From positions 164,227,235-164,291,234 of the forward strand of contig NC_068983.1 of NCBI RefSeq assembly GCF_001194135.2: 64,000 nucleotides of DNA, read 5' to 3'. Positions 11,821 to 24,775 of this stretch are shown here, one piece after another. The DNA comes from Octopus bimaculoides (taxonomy: Eukaryota). A program made the position numbers and the translations under genes. Position 1 is the first letter of the stretch; every line of letters starts with the position of its first letter. The notes beneath the pieces are model-generated. The model saw only the letters and a list, made by a program, of their open reading frames with translations. It made no database searches and had not been told where the DNA came from.

Positions 11821-12345
11821 TTATTAATCCTTAGTTTAACAAGTCGAATATTTGCAGACATTTTGTTGTATTTCTGAGCAAGACACATCATTCTACATGC
11901 CCAAAGACAACTAGATTTTACAAATATGAACAAAATCATCTAGAAGTGTTAATAATGACAGGTTGGTATCCTCCTTAAAGGAATACTTATCTCTTATTAC
12001 CCACTTTGCATCACAGAACCAGAGATAAGCACCGACTATCTGGGAGTCAGACACAAAATTGATATTATTTATGAAGATATATAGAATTATCTGAAACCAA
12101 AATTGATTAGAAAAAAGATTATTTAATGCAGAAAATTTCGTTTTTGTATTTTGTTTGCAAGATTCTTGATGTATCTGGCGTGTTGAAAGAGGTTTTTTCT
12201 TTGGTGTCTTGCAAGGGTCATTATGCCAATAACAGACACATGTGTTTTGTCATTGTTTAATGTCTCCCATGAGATACCAAACAAAATAATGCAGACAATT
12301 TATGCTTCAATGTTAATGAAATATGGTAATATTTTAATTACATAC

Positions 12346-12421
12346 TGGTTGATCAGAAGTTGGTATCTTGATTCCAGGAATGGCTTCTAGTAGCATGAAG
12401 AAGTAGTCTGTGGAACATAAG
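12346..12421 (-). CDS. Coding exon C; CH2 middle
   Basis: Acceptor ctattttttatcgtttcag, donor CCA|gtatgt, 76 nt. Reads (S)LCSTDYFFMLLEAIPGIKIPTSDQP. Starts in phase 2 and ends in phase 0, as its neighbours require. Confidence 0.82.
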
Positions 12422-12769
12422 CTGAAACGATAAAAAATAGGTGAGTTTAATTATTTGAAGTTGTTGGGGTTCATAACTCTACAATTTGGGGCTTGAACTT
12501 CGTGGATTGTATCAAAGGCAAGGCAGAGTAATAGGGACCACCCTTCTAAATTACACCCTTGGGAGAAGTTTAGGTCAACAAGTGTAAGCAAATGGAATAC
12601 TTGTTGACTTTGTATGATAGCATCCTATATGACAAGTGTAAACACTTAAGATGTCTATGAACTAATAAGAAAGTAACTACATGCTTGTTTGATCTTTTAA
12701 ATATGGCAGCTAAATCTCCCTCAAATATTAATTCCTGTTGTAGAAAAGGAATACTGTATTGAATTTAGA

Positions 12770-12900
12770 TTTTGAAACACAAGGCCAGCAATTTCAGGGA
12801 GGGTGAGTAAACTGATTACATCGACCCAAGTACATGACCGGTACTCATTTTATCAACTCTGAAAGGATGTCATGTTGACAATTCTGGCAGCTCACCGTAT
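12770..12900 (-). mobile_element. Internally deleted Meta-like SINE
   Basis: Homology to 1750-1946. Confidence 0.6.
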
Positions 12901-13429
12901 TAGAAAATGTTGTTTTACATTATCCTGAAAAGACGGGCTGGTCATGACAGGAGTGCCTTTACACTTTGCCAGTCTAAGAACTTGGGAAGAAATTCTCAGA
13001 GACATGCATTAAATGGAAATCAAAAGGTGAAAACCAAAAAGTGAGATCAGTGTGAACACAATCTATTTAATAAGGAAAGTTTGATTAAATAAAATCACAC
13101 CAGGGACTAGAAAAAGATTCATCGATTAATTGAGGTCAAAAAAAGCAAGGGAAATAACTCTGACATCTTAGTTGTCTAAATAAATACAGTGCCATACTTC
13201 CTATTATTGGTTTCGGGCAATAAACTGCACTTTCAAAGACATCAGGGTAGAAATCATAATGCAGAGAAGTTCAAAGATGGAATTATTAACTGTGGAGAGC
13301 CAGCAGTATTAGAGAGAGGAAGCTGGAGGGTTGGTGGGGTTATTGTGAGTGTTAAGACAGGGAAAAGAGCTAGTACAGGAAGAAAGATATGTATGTATGT
13401 GTGCATGATGTTGTATATGCTTGTCTTTC

Positions 13430-13670
13430 CTTGTCTTCGCCTTTTGTGACAGTTGTAAATCAGTGCTACTGTCGTACAAGCAGTGTTACTCATTTGTAAT
13501 ACCTCACAAAAATATGTTTGGCCATGGGAAATATTACTTTGCTTAGAAACAGATAAGAATTGGATGACAAGAAGGTTATGCAGCCATAGAAAATATCTCC
13601 CTAATTAGACTCTGTCTGATCCATGCAAACTTTGCAAAGGAGACGTTAAAATAATGAAGATGATGATATA
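13430..13670 (+). mobile_element. Third repeat family with an RTE-like 3' tail
   Basis: Homologous to 14130-14360 and 35945-36190; ends gacgttaaaa + (ATG)n. Confidence 0.65.
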
Positions 13671-13970
13671 TATATATATATATATATATATACAGGGTGC
13701 ATAAGGTATTTGAGGACATAACCTTTTTTGGTCATTGCTGCATTTTTTGCTAACTCTGTATAATCTTTGTTTCAGAAAATAATAATGGCAGACCTTCATG
13801 TGTGTGAAGATAGGAAAAGAATCGTTAACAAATGCAATGAGCTCCTTGTAATCTGTAAATATGAATTNNNNNNNNNNNNNNNNNNNNNNNNNNNNNNNNN
13901 NNNNNNNNNNNNNNNNNNNNNNNNNNNNNNNNNNNNNNNNNNNNNNNNNNNNNNNNNNNNNNNNNNNNNN

Positions 13971-14047
<77 letters not shown>

Positions 14048-14129
14048 ATGTCTGTGTGTGTGAGAGAGAGGGAGAGAGAGAAAGAAAGGAAAGAGAGAGA
14101 GGGGAGAGAAAGAGAGTGTTTTTGAGCCT

Positions 14130-14360
14130 CCTCCTTGTGTTGGAACCCTGTGATAGCTGTAAATGAGTGTCACTGCCATAGAAGCAGTGTCATTTATTTT
14201 CCAATATTCTGTGAAGATATGCCTGGCTATGGCTGGAAACAGGTGAGGGTTGACAGCAGGAAGAGCATCTGGCTGTAGAAACCCTGCCTCAGCAGATTCC
14301 ATCTGATGCGTGTGAGCATGGAAAGATGGGTGTAAAAATGATGAAGATGATGATGATGAT
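14130..14360 (+). mobile_element. Third repeat family with an RTE-like 3' tail
   Basis: Homologous to 13430-13670. Confidence 0.65.
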
Positions 14361-14854
14361 AATTGTGCGTAATTTTTCGTTATTCTTTTTCTATTGAGCT
14401 TGCTTAGCTTCTTGAATATTTATATAACAACAAAATATTCAGCTGCCTTCCAAATTTATGAACCAAATGTGAACATTTTTGAAACCGAAAAAGAGATAAG
14501 TACAAATAAAAATCATTTTAAAATTTAGAAGCCATAATGTTGAATATTTCTATTAAAAACGAAATCGAAGAATGAAATGTTGCAATTGAAACTGTGCAAG
14601 AAATAAAAAATCTTGTTAAAACTGATTAAAATCATTAACTGACATTTTGTGACATCTTAAAATAAAAATGAAAGCATTTGGGAAGCTGTTGCTTCTAGCA
14701 CAAACATCGGGCCCTCCAAAATGGCAGGATCTACACAAATACTCATTTCCTTGCTTTTTATTTCTAAAGATGGATCCTTGCACCTGAAATATAAAGGTTT
14801 CTTAAAAATTGCTGCATTGTTAGAAGCTACCTTTATTTCTCATTAGTCCTGTGG

Positions 14855-15330
14855 TGGTGGCACATAAAAAGCACCATTTGAGCATGGTCAATGCCAGTAC
14901 CAGCTGACTGGTCTCATGCCGGTGGTATGTAAAAAGCACCATTTAAGCGTGGTTGATGCCAGTGCCGGCTGACTGGCCCCCATGCCGCCTGACTGGCTAC
15001 CATGCTGGTGGTACATAAAAAGCACCATTTGAACGTGGTCATTGCCAGTGCCGCCTGACTGGCTCCCATGCCGGTGATACGTAAAAAATGCCATTTGAGC
15101 ATGCTCGATGCCAGTACCGGCTGACTGGTCCCATGTTGGTGGCACGTAAAAGCACCTACTACACTCTTGGAGTGGTTGATATTAGGAAGGGCATCCAGCT
15201 GTAGAAACCATGCCAAATCAGATTGGCATCTGGTGCAACCTCCTGGCTTTCCAGACCCAAGTCAAACCGTCCAACCCATGCCAGCATAGAAAACGGACGT
15301 TAAACGACGATGAAGATGATGATGATGATC
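14855..15330 (+). mobile_element. RTE-tail element with about four internal ~65-bp tandem units
   Basis: The aaaaagcaccattt anchor recurs at ~14871, 14936, 15022, 15088 and 15152, followed by the shared tail. Confidence 0.85.
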
Positions 15331-15954
15331 CATTATTATACTTCTATACTACAATGCTTCAAGCAAACTACAACACTCTTCTAGAAATAAAATGTTTTCT
15401 TTGTAGCTGCTAAACATTGAAATGAAAGTTCCAAACGAATAGGTTAACAGATGATATTGTTCCTCATCTTTAAACTGTGTTGATGGCCAAAACAGGACTC
15501 CAGTAAGGACTCCAGGACTGTTTTCGTATTGGCTGAATCTGGAAGAAGGGGTCGTGCCCAAACCCTTCACATGCCTTCTTGAACAAGTCAAATCAATGTG
15601 GTTTCATCCTCTTGTACATTTGTAACACAGCAGCAACAGGAAACAATGTTTTGTAGAGGAAGTGCTGAGAATAGGGATGAATAAGGGAACTTTGTGGGGA
15701 CAGAGTATGAGTGAGGAAAGGAGAAGTGGAAGTGGTTTGTGAACAGCTAGATTTAAGAAGTAGAGGCCAAAGTAGTAGTGGTAAACAAAAGGCAAAGAGA
15801 GGACACAGAATGACCTGTGGTCAGTGGCTTCAGTCAGTTGGAATGTGATGCCATAACAACTTGTTAAGTGACTTTTCTTTGTCTGTGATCTGGAATATTT
15901 TTGTATGTAGCAGCGACAGTGTCCCAGATCTGAGAGCAGTACTCATTTCATCAT

Positions 15955-16210
15955 TATCATCATCATCATAAATGCTTTGACAGGAGTTGCTGGCCCTGGA
16001 GACTGTGCCAGTCTTTACTGTCTGCTTTGGCATGGTTTCTACAGCTAGATGCCCTTTCTTAATGTCAAGGTCCCGTAGTCTGTTTTTGGTTTGGTTTCTA
16101 CAGCTGGATGCCCTTCCTCCTAACACCAACCACTTTATAGAGTGTAGTGAGAGCTTTTTATATGGCACCAGCACAGGTGCCTTTTACATGGCACCAGCAC
16201 CAATGCTTTT
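15955..16210 (-). mobile_element. Diverged RTE-tail element
   Basis: ctacagctggatgcccttcct...accaaccact motif occurs twice; (CAT)n tail. Confidence 0.6.
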
Positions 16211-17623
16211 CATGTGGAACCATCCACACATATTGACTGAAAAACCACCTCTGGCCGCTTCAGACAAATGATCCTGACAAATTCCTCTCTCAGGCAAGGT
16301 GCCACACAGCTTGTCTCTACCATCACCCCATTCTTCATTTTCTCTCTTTTCTTAGGGACATATATGAATCTTTGAAGAAATGTGATATTGAAACCAAAAC
16401 CATGTGATTAGGAAACAAACTTCCCACCCACACAACCATTCCTGCCCCTATAAGGAATGAAATACTTCCATGACTGACTGCTACTTTTAGGAACAACTGC
16501 TGCCTTCTTTGGCAAACTGATTCTCCAGGAATGTAACCAACATAAAAATAAAAGTCTTGAAGAAGGAACCAACTGGTTAACTAAAATTTATTTCGGAATT
16601 TTTTTATAGACATTTCACCTCTCGAAAGACGCACAACTGTTCATTTATGACAAAGTTTATTATTAAGATAGACTATATTTTCTTTCCATATTGTTATTGT
16701 TATTGTTGTTGGTGCTGTTGTTGTTGTTGTTAATGTTATTTTGCATTTTTAAGTGTTTTATCAATTGGATTTCTAGCACTTTCACTTTAATTTTAAGAAT
16801 ATTTGGAGAGGAATAAATAATGCCATAATTTCTTGAGAAAGCTTTTCAATGACATCATTAGCACTCTAATAATTGGAATATCTTATCAACAACCAAAAAA
16901 GAAAACAGAAAAAAGAGACTTGTTTAAGACGACTATAACCAATCCACATTAATCACACAGAGAAGATTCTTCTCCTTGCAGCAGAATATGTTTCAAGTTG
17001 GAAACTTCATTTCTAAAGCAGAACAGGATTCTTTGTTTTGTGTTCTTTTTTGTTATTTTATTTGATTTCCATTTACCCTGTCAAGAGAAATCAATACTAG
17101 ATTAAGTATTGTTTCTTTTCACAAGAATTAATTATTCTTGAGGTGAAACTGTAAATGGAGAAACTAGAATAAATAGAAAAAAAAAGGCCATGATGAAAAC
17201 TTCTAAATTCCCAATAGAATATATCTATAAACACATACATGTACAGACACACCACAAACACACACACACACAATTATATATATTCACGTGTGTGTATGTA
17301 TATACACAAATACATACATACATAGTTATATATATACACACATATATAATCTATTTTGCCATAAATGCACTTACATAAATGCATATGCAATTTCATATGA
17401 AAATGTAAGTGTATATACATATGTATACACGTGTACTTACAATTTACCAAAGGCAATACATGCATTCATACATACATACATACATACATACATACATACA
17501 TACAAACGTGCATATATATATATGTATATGTATGTGTGTATGTGTACGCATTTGTACACACATAGATGCACATATAATTTACCAAAGGCAGCATATATAT
17601 ATGCATGCTAGTATGTATGTTAG

Positions 17624-17678
<55 letters not shown>

Positions 17679-18133
17679 NNNNNNNNNNNNNNNNNNNNNN
17701 NNNNNNNNNNNNNNNNNNNNNNNNNNNNNNNNNNNNNNNNNNNNNNNNNNNNNNNNNNNNNNNNNNNNNNNNNNNNNNNNNNNNNNNNNNNNNNNNNNNN
17801 NNNNNNNNNNNNNNNNNNNNNNNNNNNNNNNNNNNNNNNNNNNNNNNNNNNNNNNNNNNNNNNNNNNNNNNNNNNNNNNNNNNNNNNNNNNNNNNNNNNN
17901 NNNNNNNNNNNNNNNNNNNNNNNNNNNNNNNNNNNNNNNNNNNNNNNNNNNNNNNNNNNNNNNNNNNNNNNNNNNNNNNNNNNNNNNNNNNNNNNNNNNN
18001 NNNNNNNNNNNNNNNNNNNNNNNNNNNNNNNNNNNNNNNNNNNNNNNNNNNNNNNNNNNNNNNNNNNNNNNNNNNNNNNNNNNNNNNNNNNNNNNNNNNN
18101 NNNNNNNNNNNNNNNNNNNNNNNNNNNNNNNNN

Positions 18134-18183
<50 letters not shown>

Positions 18184-18244
18184 TATGAATATATATGTGT
18201 GTGTATATTAATATGTACATATATATATAGTTTGAATTTACAAA

Positions 18245-18425
18245 AAAAAAACAAAAAACAAAAGACAAAGACGGGTGTGTAAACAAGAAGCAGGTGCATT
18301 AGTTTAACACTCGGGAAGTGAGAATGTCTTTTATGTTTCAAGCCTATGCTCATCATCAGAAAGGAACACAGAAATAAACAGGGAGAGAAAACAAAAAAGG
18401 TTTAGTGGTTAGTGATCTATGATGG
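18245..18425 (-). mobile_element. Short repeat with a hammerhead motif (family 2)
   Basis: Same family as 6850-7055; canonical CTGATGA core. Confidence 0.7.
18328..18363 (-). ncRNA. Minimal type-I hammerhead motif (family 2)
   Basis: Minus strand: CTTT CTGATGA T GAGC atag GCTT GAAA CAT A AAAG. Confidence 0.7.
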
Positions 18426-18470
18426 CGAATGCCGGACAGAGGTGGTCATATATATGTACATAAATAATAG

Positions 18471-18734
18471 CAGATGGATAATGTGTCAATTCACTACAAC
18501 TGTTTCCAACGAATTTTTAATTGGTTAATGGAGACATTACATGATTAGAAAAAGCCTATGACCAGCAAGGGTCGTAGAATCATAAAGGTGCACATGCCAT
18601 TGCCTTTAAATGATTCTAAATGTTGTGGTTTATGTATTCACCTGATGAAAACAGATTTTCCTAATGTTGTAATGAATGAATAAATAAAAGATTTGTTGGA
18701 AACGGCTGTAGTGAATTGACACATTATCCATCTG
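18471..18734. mobile_element. Penelope-like pLTR remnant with an inverted partial copy and a hammerhead (family 3)
   Basis: ~47-bp inverted repeat (18471-18517 vs 18688-18734). Plus-strand hammerhead at 18636-18716: ATTCAC CTGATGA ... GAAA CGGCTGT A GTGAAT. Confidence 0.7.
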
Positions 18735-19549
18735 GTGTTATTTGTTTATTTATTATTCACCTCCCTCAGAACCCACTCATCACATGATCCAAAGTATATT
18801 ATGGACCATACACTTAGTGCAGTGTATGTTTCCTGATTAGTGTCAGGGCTCATGGTATACTCAGCCAGGTGCAGTTAATCATATACATAACCTGAATATC
18901 TTTCTGCCTCTACTTCAGTACCAGCATATGTATCTCTCTATTTTTGCTGTGTACACAGTTTACTTTTTGACCTAATCTGGGTCCTTCATTTACTTGAATC
19001 CTGCACTAATATATACGTATACACACACACACACACATGGTGATTCCTTCATCTTGACAAATGACAGCCATCCCATCAACATACACAGCACACCCCATCA
19101 CACAACACAGCCACTCCATTGATGAACCCTCAGATGACTCTTAAGACCAGATGCTGACTGACAGGGTTTAAAACACAAGTGACAGATATTATTCAAGTTT
19201 CTTCTATATCTTTGCCCTTTGGAATCTGATTCCGAAGAAATGGTTTTGAGAACTAGCAAATGTCTTTTAAGTCCAGATTTTTTTGTCTTACAAGTTTTTT
19301 GACATATGACACAAGTCGTGAGAGGTGGCTGGGTATTTCGATTTTCATGTTACTTCATATGATTCAGATATCCTGCTTTTGACAACAGAACATGGTCACA
19401 TGTGCTGCACATTAGGACTGAACCTGAAACCACAGGATTGGAAAGCAAACTTCCTGTTACACAGCCATGCCCCTCCCTATTAACAATAATGTTACCATAT
19501 TCCTGATGAAATGCACTGACTTTGTTTCAAATAATTTTGAAAATAATGA

Positions 19550-19930
19550 GGCACTCCGTTGGTTATGACGACGAGGGTTTCAGTTGATCCGATCAACAGA
19601 ACAGCATGCTTGGGAAATTAATGTGTAAGTGGCTGAGCACTCCACAGATACGTGTACCTTTAACGTAGTTTTCGGGGAGATTCAGCATGACACAGAGTGT
19701 GACAAGACTGGCTCCTTTGAAATACAGGTACAACAGAAACAAGAAGAAAGATTGAGAGAAAGTTGTGGTGAAAGAGTACAGCAGGGTTCGCCACCATCCT
19801 CTGCCAGAGCCCTTTGGAGTTTTAAGTGTTTTCGCTCAATAAACATTCACAACGCCCAGTCTAGGAATCGAAACTGCAATCCTACAACTGCAAGTCTGCT
19901 GCCCTAACCACTGAGCCATTGTGCCTCCAC
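19550..19930 (-). mobile_element. tRNA-derived SINE, another family
   Basis: Minus-strand head gtggaggcacaatggctcagtggttagggcagcagac...gtttcgattcc. A related head fragment lies at ~52305-52390. Confidence 0.7.
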
Positions 19931-20644
19931 ATTTTGAAAATAAAAAAGATGTTATTAAGGTAATATTGTTCTTATTAGGCTGGAACATAAATTAACATAG
20001 AATTTTGATGGAAGGTTTTAATTCTGACCGCTTTAAAACAGGAAGTTTACATCTTAGAACTAAAAATGGTCTCTGAAGAGTTGGCATCAAAATATTTAAC
20101 TGATAATGTCTACAAGAAATAAACAGATAGCGAGAACAAAGCAACACAATACCAGTCATTTTTGTTTTTTCCAATTTGTGTTGATGCTTGCCGAGGCCTA
20201 AGATGTACCTGGTGATAGAGGTTCAATTTCTAGTATGTTTGCCAATATTTTTTTTTTTAGTTTCTTTTAGTAAATATCAATAATTTATTTTTTATCTGTA
20301 AAAATGTATTTCATTAAAAGACGAATGTGCGTGTCAGTCTGTATGTTTGTATTTGTTTGTAGTTTTATGTGTGTGTATGAATGTATTACAGTTTTATTGC
20401 TGTGAAATTTCTGATATTAATATTTAATATTGGTGGCACCGTTCTGTTAACTACGGAATAAGGCGATCACTGTTGTAGAATATGTTAGTGTGTGATTAAA
20501 CGTCTGCTGAAGATGTTACTATTATCATTCAATGAATAATGATTAATTTTAATAAGAATAATGATTATTTCTTTTCATATCATCAATAATTTAATAAGTC
20601 TGTCATGAGACAGGAAATCAGTGAATCTGAGAAGTAATCAATTA

Positions 20645-20683
20645 CAAAAGTCATCATCATCATCGTCATCGTCATCGTCATCG

Positions 20684-20718
<35 letters not shown>

Positions 20719-20960
20719 GTCGTCGTCGTCGTCATCGTCATTATCATCATCATCGTCATCGTCATCGTTGTCATCATCACCATCATCATCGTCGTCATCG
20801 TCATCATCATCATTATCATCGTCGTCGACGTCGTCGTCATCGTCATCATCATTATCATCGTCGTCGTTGTCGTCGTCATCGTCATCATCATCATCATCAT
20901 TATCGTCATCGTCGTTATCATCATCATCATCATCACCATCAACATCATCATCACCAAGAC

Positions 20961-20993
<33 letters not shown>

Positions 20994-21035
20994 TGTCATC
21001 GTCATCATTGTCATCATCATCATCATCATTATCAA
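20645..21035. repeat. (TCA/TCG)n trinucleotide tract forming the tail of a diverged RTE-tail element at 21035-21260
   Basis: Direct inspection. Confidence 0.85.
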
Positions 21036-21617
21036 TTAAAATCTGTTTTCCATGCTGCCATGGTCCTTGACAGTCTGGCAGAGGGGCTGGTGAGGCCAGG
21101 AGTCACATCAGGCTCCAGTTGTCTGGCTTGGCTTGGTTTATACAGAGTGGACAGAATGCTTTCTTCATGGCACCAACACAAAGGCATTTATATTCATGGC
21201 ACCAGCATGAGTGTTCTATATGCTGAACCAGTACGAGTGCTTTTTACTTGGCTCCAGCCCAGGTGTTTTCATCAATAATAAAAATAAGAATCAAACAAGA
21301 AAATTGCAGCCAAGCTCGGTCTGCATGATAGTGGTGTCAGACGTGGCATTCAGACAATCATAGAACTGGTTAGACATTTGCCTTGCATTTTTAATCTTCC
21401 ATTTTATTTTGACATACGCATTGCGTTTTTATATTTTTCTTCCATTTTACCAATCTACTCTGCACGTGCAAATTGCCTCTTCATATGTTTCTTTCTGTTT
21501 CCTACTCAAAACTGTTTATATGTCACAACCATCACAACCATCTCACAAACTGGCATTTGTGAAGAGTGCTTTGCACCCTGATGTGAAGAAAAGAAATTAA
21601 TCAACATTTATTGCATT

Positions 21618-21910
21618 TCTATATTTAAGAGATGAGGAATTAAGTATATTATTTACATTTGACATAGTGGTTAAGAGCACGGGCTACTAACCCCAACATT
21701 CTGAGTTCGATTCCAGACAGTGACCTTAATAATAATAAGAATAATAATCATAATAATGTAATAACGAATTGAACTCGGAATCTTGGGGTTAGAAGCCTGA
21801 GCTCTTAACCACTAAGCCATATGCCCATGGGCAATTATGGAGTGAATTTTTAGGGCTTATAAACCTAATACTTTCTTATCCTTCCAAGTTTGATTCCAGG
21901 CAGTGACCTA

Positions 21911-21957
<47 letters not shown>

Positions 21958-21980
21958 TGATAATGATGATGATAATAATA
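21618..21980. mobile_element. Rearranged family 1 copy without the hammerhead segment
   Basis: Tail (minus), head (+), (AAT)n, head (minus), then a partial head (+) and (AAT)n. No CTGATGA or GAAA core. Confidence 0.7.
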
Positions 21981-22019
21981 ACATCACAGTCTAAGGAAGA
22001 TTAACCGAGAAGATAGCTT

Positions 22020-22940
22020 TCGTGTGCGGCAGATGCACAGGGGCAATAAACACCACAGATGCTCAGAAAACAGATTCCATCACACTCCAGGGGGAGAAAC
22101 TAGAAGTAGTTGATAGCTTCTGCTACCTAGGTGACCAAGTTAGCAGTGGGGGATGGGATGCTCTGAGAGTGTTACCACTAGAATAAGAATAGCCTGGACA
22201 AAGTTTAGAAAGCTTCTACCCGTACAGGTGACAAAGGGCCTCTTGCTCAGAGTGAAAGGTAGATTGTACGATGCATGTGTGTAAACTGCTATGCTTCATG
22301 ACAGTGAAATGTTGGACATAAGAAGCATCGGATGTGGCGTGCAAGAGAGACATTTGCGCTGGTATGGTCAAGTATTACGGATGGATGAGGAGAACTGTGT
22401 GAATCCGGGGTAGAGGGAGACCCAGGAAGACATGGGATGAGGTGGTGAAGCTTGACCTTTGAACGTTGGGCCTCACAGAGGCAATGACGAAAGACNNNNN
22501 NNNNNCTTGACCTTTGAACGTTGGGCCTCACAGAGGCAATGACGAAAGACCGAGACCTCTGGAGATATGCTGTGACTGCGAAGACCCGGCAAATAAAGTG
22601 AAGACCTGCAATAAAGTGAGTTCACGGGTGTATCCTACACCAGTTTTGCATAACCAGCCCCAGCCCATTCAAAAGTACCTTGGATCGTAGGGTGACCTGC
22701 TGTGCTTGAGGAGACCTATTGAGTCAAGTACATCAACATGAAAATGAAAATCAAATGGAAATTGCAGTTGTGATACCCATGCCGATGGCATTTAAAAGAG
22801 CACCCACTACACACTCGGAGTGGTTGGCATTAGGAAGGGCATCCAGCTGCAGAAACACTGCCAGATAAGATTGGAGCCTGGTGCAGCCATCTGGTTCGCC
22901 AGTCCTCAGTCAAATCGTTCAACCCATGCTAGCATGTATA
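22020..22940 (+). mobile_element. Degenerate, internally deleted RTE LINE 3' end
   Basis: Homologous to 9815-10117 (LEVVDSFCYLGDQVS...) and to 54120-54830. Confidence 0.85.
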
Positions 22941-23146
22941 TATATATATATATATATAGCAATGAGAAAATGGAGGAGAATATGCGGTATTCATCGACTT
23001 GCAGACAATGTATTCTGTTGATTAATCTGTTTGTTTTATAAGTAAATTGACAAAAACCCCAATATACAGATACTTATGACATACCATGTCATATTAACAA
23101 TTAAGGTTAAAAATATAAAGGACATTTAGCAATTGGAGAAAGGACA

Positions 23147-23281
23147 GAAACTTATAGCTGTTTCGGCCTAGCGTTGACATGCCCAATTGTATCTCTATAG
23201 CTCCTGTACGCCAGAGTAATTAGTAGATGAAAATGATGTAATGGGGTACATGCATGATTCGCTAGGCCTCTTCAGAGATTT
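23147..23281 (-). ncRNA. Degenerate type-I hammerhead motif with long stem-II loop (family 4)
   Basis: Minus strand: AAATCT CTGAAGA GGCCTAGCG [~86 nt] CGCTAGGCC GAAA CAGCTAT A AGTTT. Perfect 9-bp stem II; single mismatches in stems I and III. Confidence 0.6.
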
Positions 23282-23763
23282 ACAAAATTCAATACAAATA
23301 TAAAATAAGAATAAAGTAAAAATAAAGAAATAAAAAATGAAAATATAAAAATATAAGGCACATAAAAAAGCCTACAAACAGTATATAAAACCATATAAAT
23401 AGTTATAAACACGCCAATATACATGCCTGTGCCTGTATACATAACCATACGTAGATATCTATGGATACAAAAGCATAGATAGATGAGTACACATGTGTAT
23501 CCAGATGCACATACACAGATGGCTGTACATGCACACCAAAATTGTCAACAGTCACTGTCACCACATGTGAGGGGGAGGGGCATACACATATATATCTATC
23601 CCCTGACATATACGTACATACATACATATATGTATACATAAATATTCCCATACATACATGATCCCTGGCATGAACGTTATTCGTTGCATTTGGAAAGCTG
23701 TTTATATGTTAAAATTTGTTGGGTGCGTGTGTGTCAGTTCTGGTGGATGGGTCTATGTAGAAG

Positions 23764-23833
<70 letters not shown>

Positions 23834-24660
23834 ATATAAACAAATTTATGCAACAGTAAAACGTATTGAATAACATCTTGACGTAAAAACAAACATTAAT
23901 GTCCATACATCATGTATATAGATATACATATATATTTAGATGTGTGTCTGTGTGCATGTGTGTGTATATATATATACACACACACAAGCGCTCTAATATA
24001 TACACACATACACTTATGTATACACACACTCATATATATATATATATATGTATAGCTACTATATGTAAAAATTGTGTTTGTGTATATGTGTGTATCTATC
24101 TATATGTGTGTGCATATATATATCATCATTTAGCGTCCACCTAAACAATGACGACGATGATGATACATATATATATACACACACACGCACACACATATAG
24201 ATATATACATATATACATTTATATGTAATGATAGATGTGTGTGTGTGTTTGTGTGTGTGTGTGTGCATAACTGACACCCACCACGATATCATTATTAACC
24301 TCTTTTTCTTGATCACTATATTTCATAATTTTTGTGATGCTCATTACTAACATCATCATCATCATCCTCATCATCAACACCACTACCCCTGCCACCGCCA
24401 CTCCACCACCGCCACCCCACCACCCACCATCACCACCACCACCACCATCATTATCATCATTTTTTTTCCCTCTCTTATTCAATAACCACATTTCCATTTT
24501 TCCCTACCTTTGCACTTTTATTAATATTCCCTCCACAGCCAACATCGCCAAGTGATTTGCTGGCCACGAACACAATGCCTATTGTTAAACCACTGAATCG
24601 ATTGCCAAACTTTAGAGCAAAATATGTCTTCATGTAAGGGGCTTTTCAACATAACAATAC

Positions 24661-24775
24661 CTTTTGACGAGATTGTATCTTGTATCCAAATTCACTTCTG
24701 GTAAAATTTGTTGGCACCATGATTGCAAAATTTTCCTGCCAGCACTTACACTGTTATGCTGTGCAAAATCACTTC
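24661..24775 (-). CDS. Coding exon B; CH1-CH2 linker and start of CH2
   Basis: Acceptor tttttcttatttctgaattatatttgcag, donor AG|gtattg, 115 nt. Reads (G)SDFAQHNSVSAGRKILQSWCQQILPEVNLDTRYNLVK(S). LxxWCQ is typical of the CH2 start. Phase matches exons A and C. Confidence 0.85.

Noticed and set aside
12886-12965. Apparent minus-strand exon (...DNVKQHFLIR) with a gtgagc donor
   Set aside because: The donor is part of a SINE head (ggtgagctgccagaa), and exons B-C-D already join in phase without it.
14855-15160. CRISPR-like repeat array
   Set aside because: These are tandem units without unique spacers inside a eukaryotic retroelement.
22450-22560. Direct repeats flanking 10-N gaps (here and 57440-57580)
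   Set aside because: Typical scaffolding overlap artefacts, not biological duplications.
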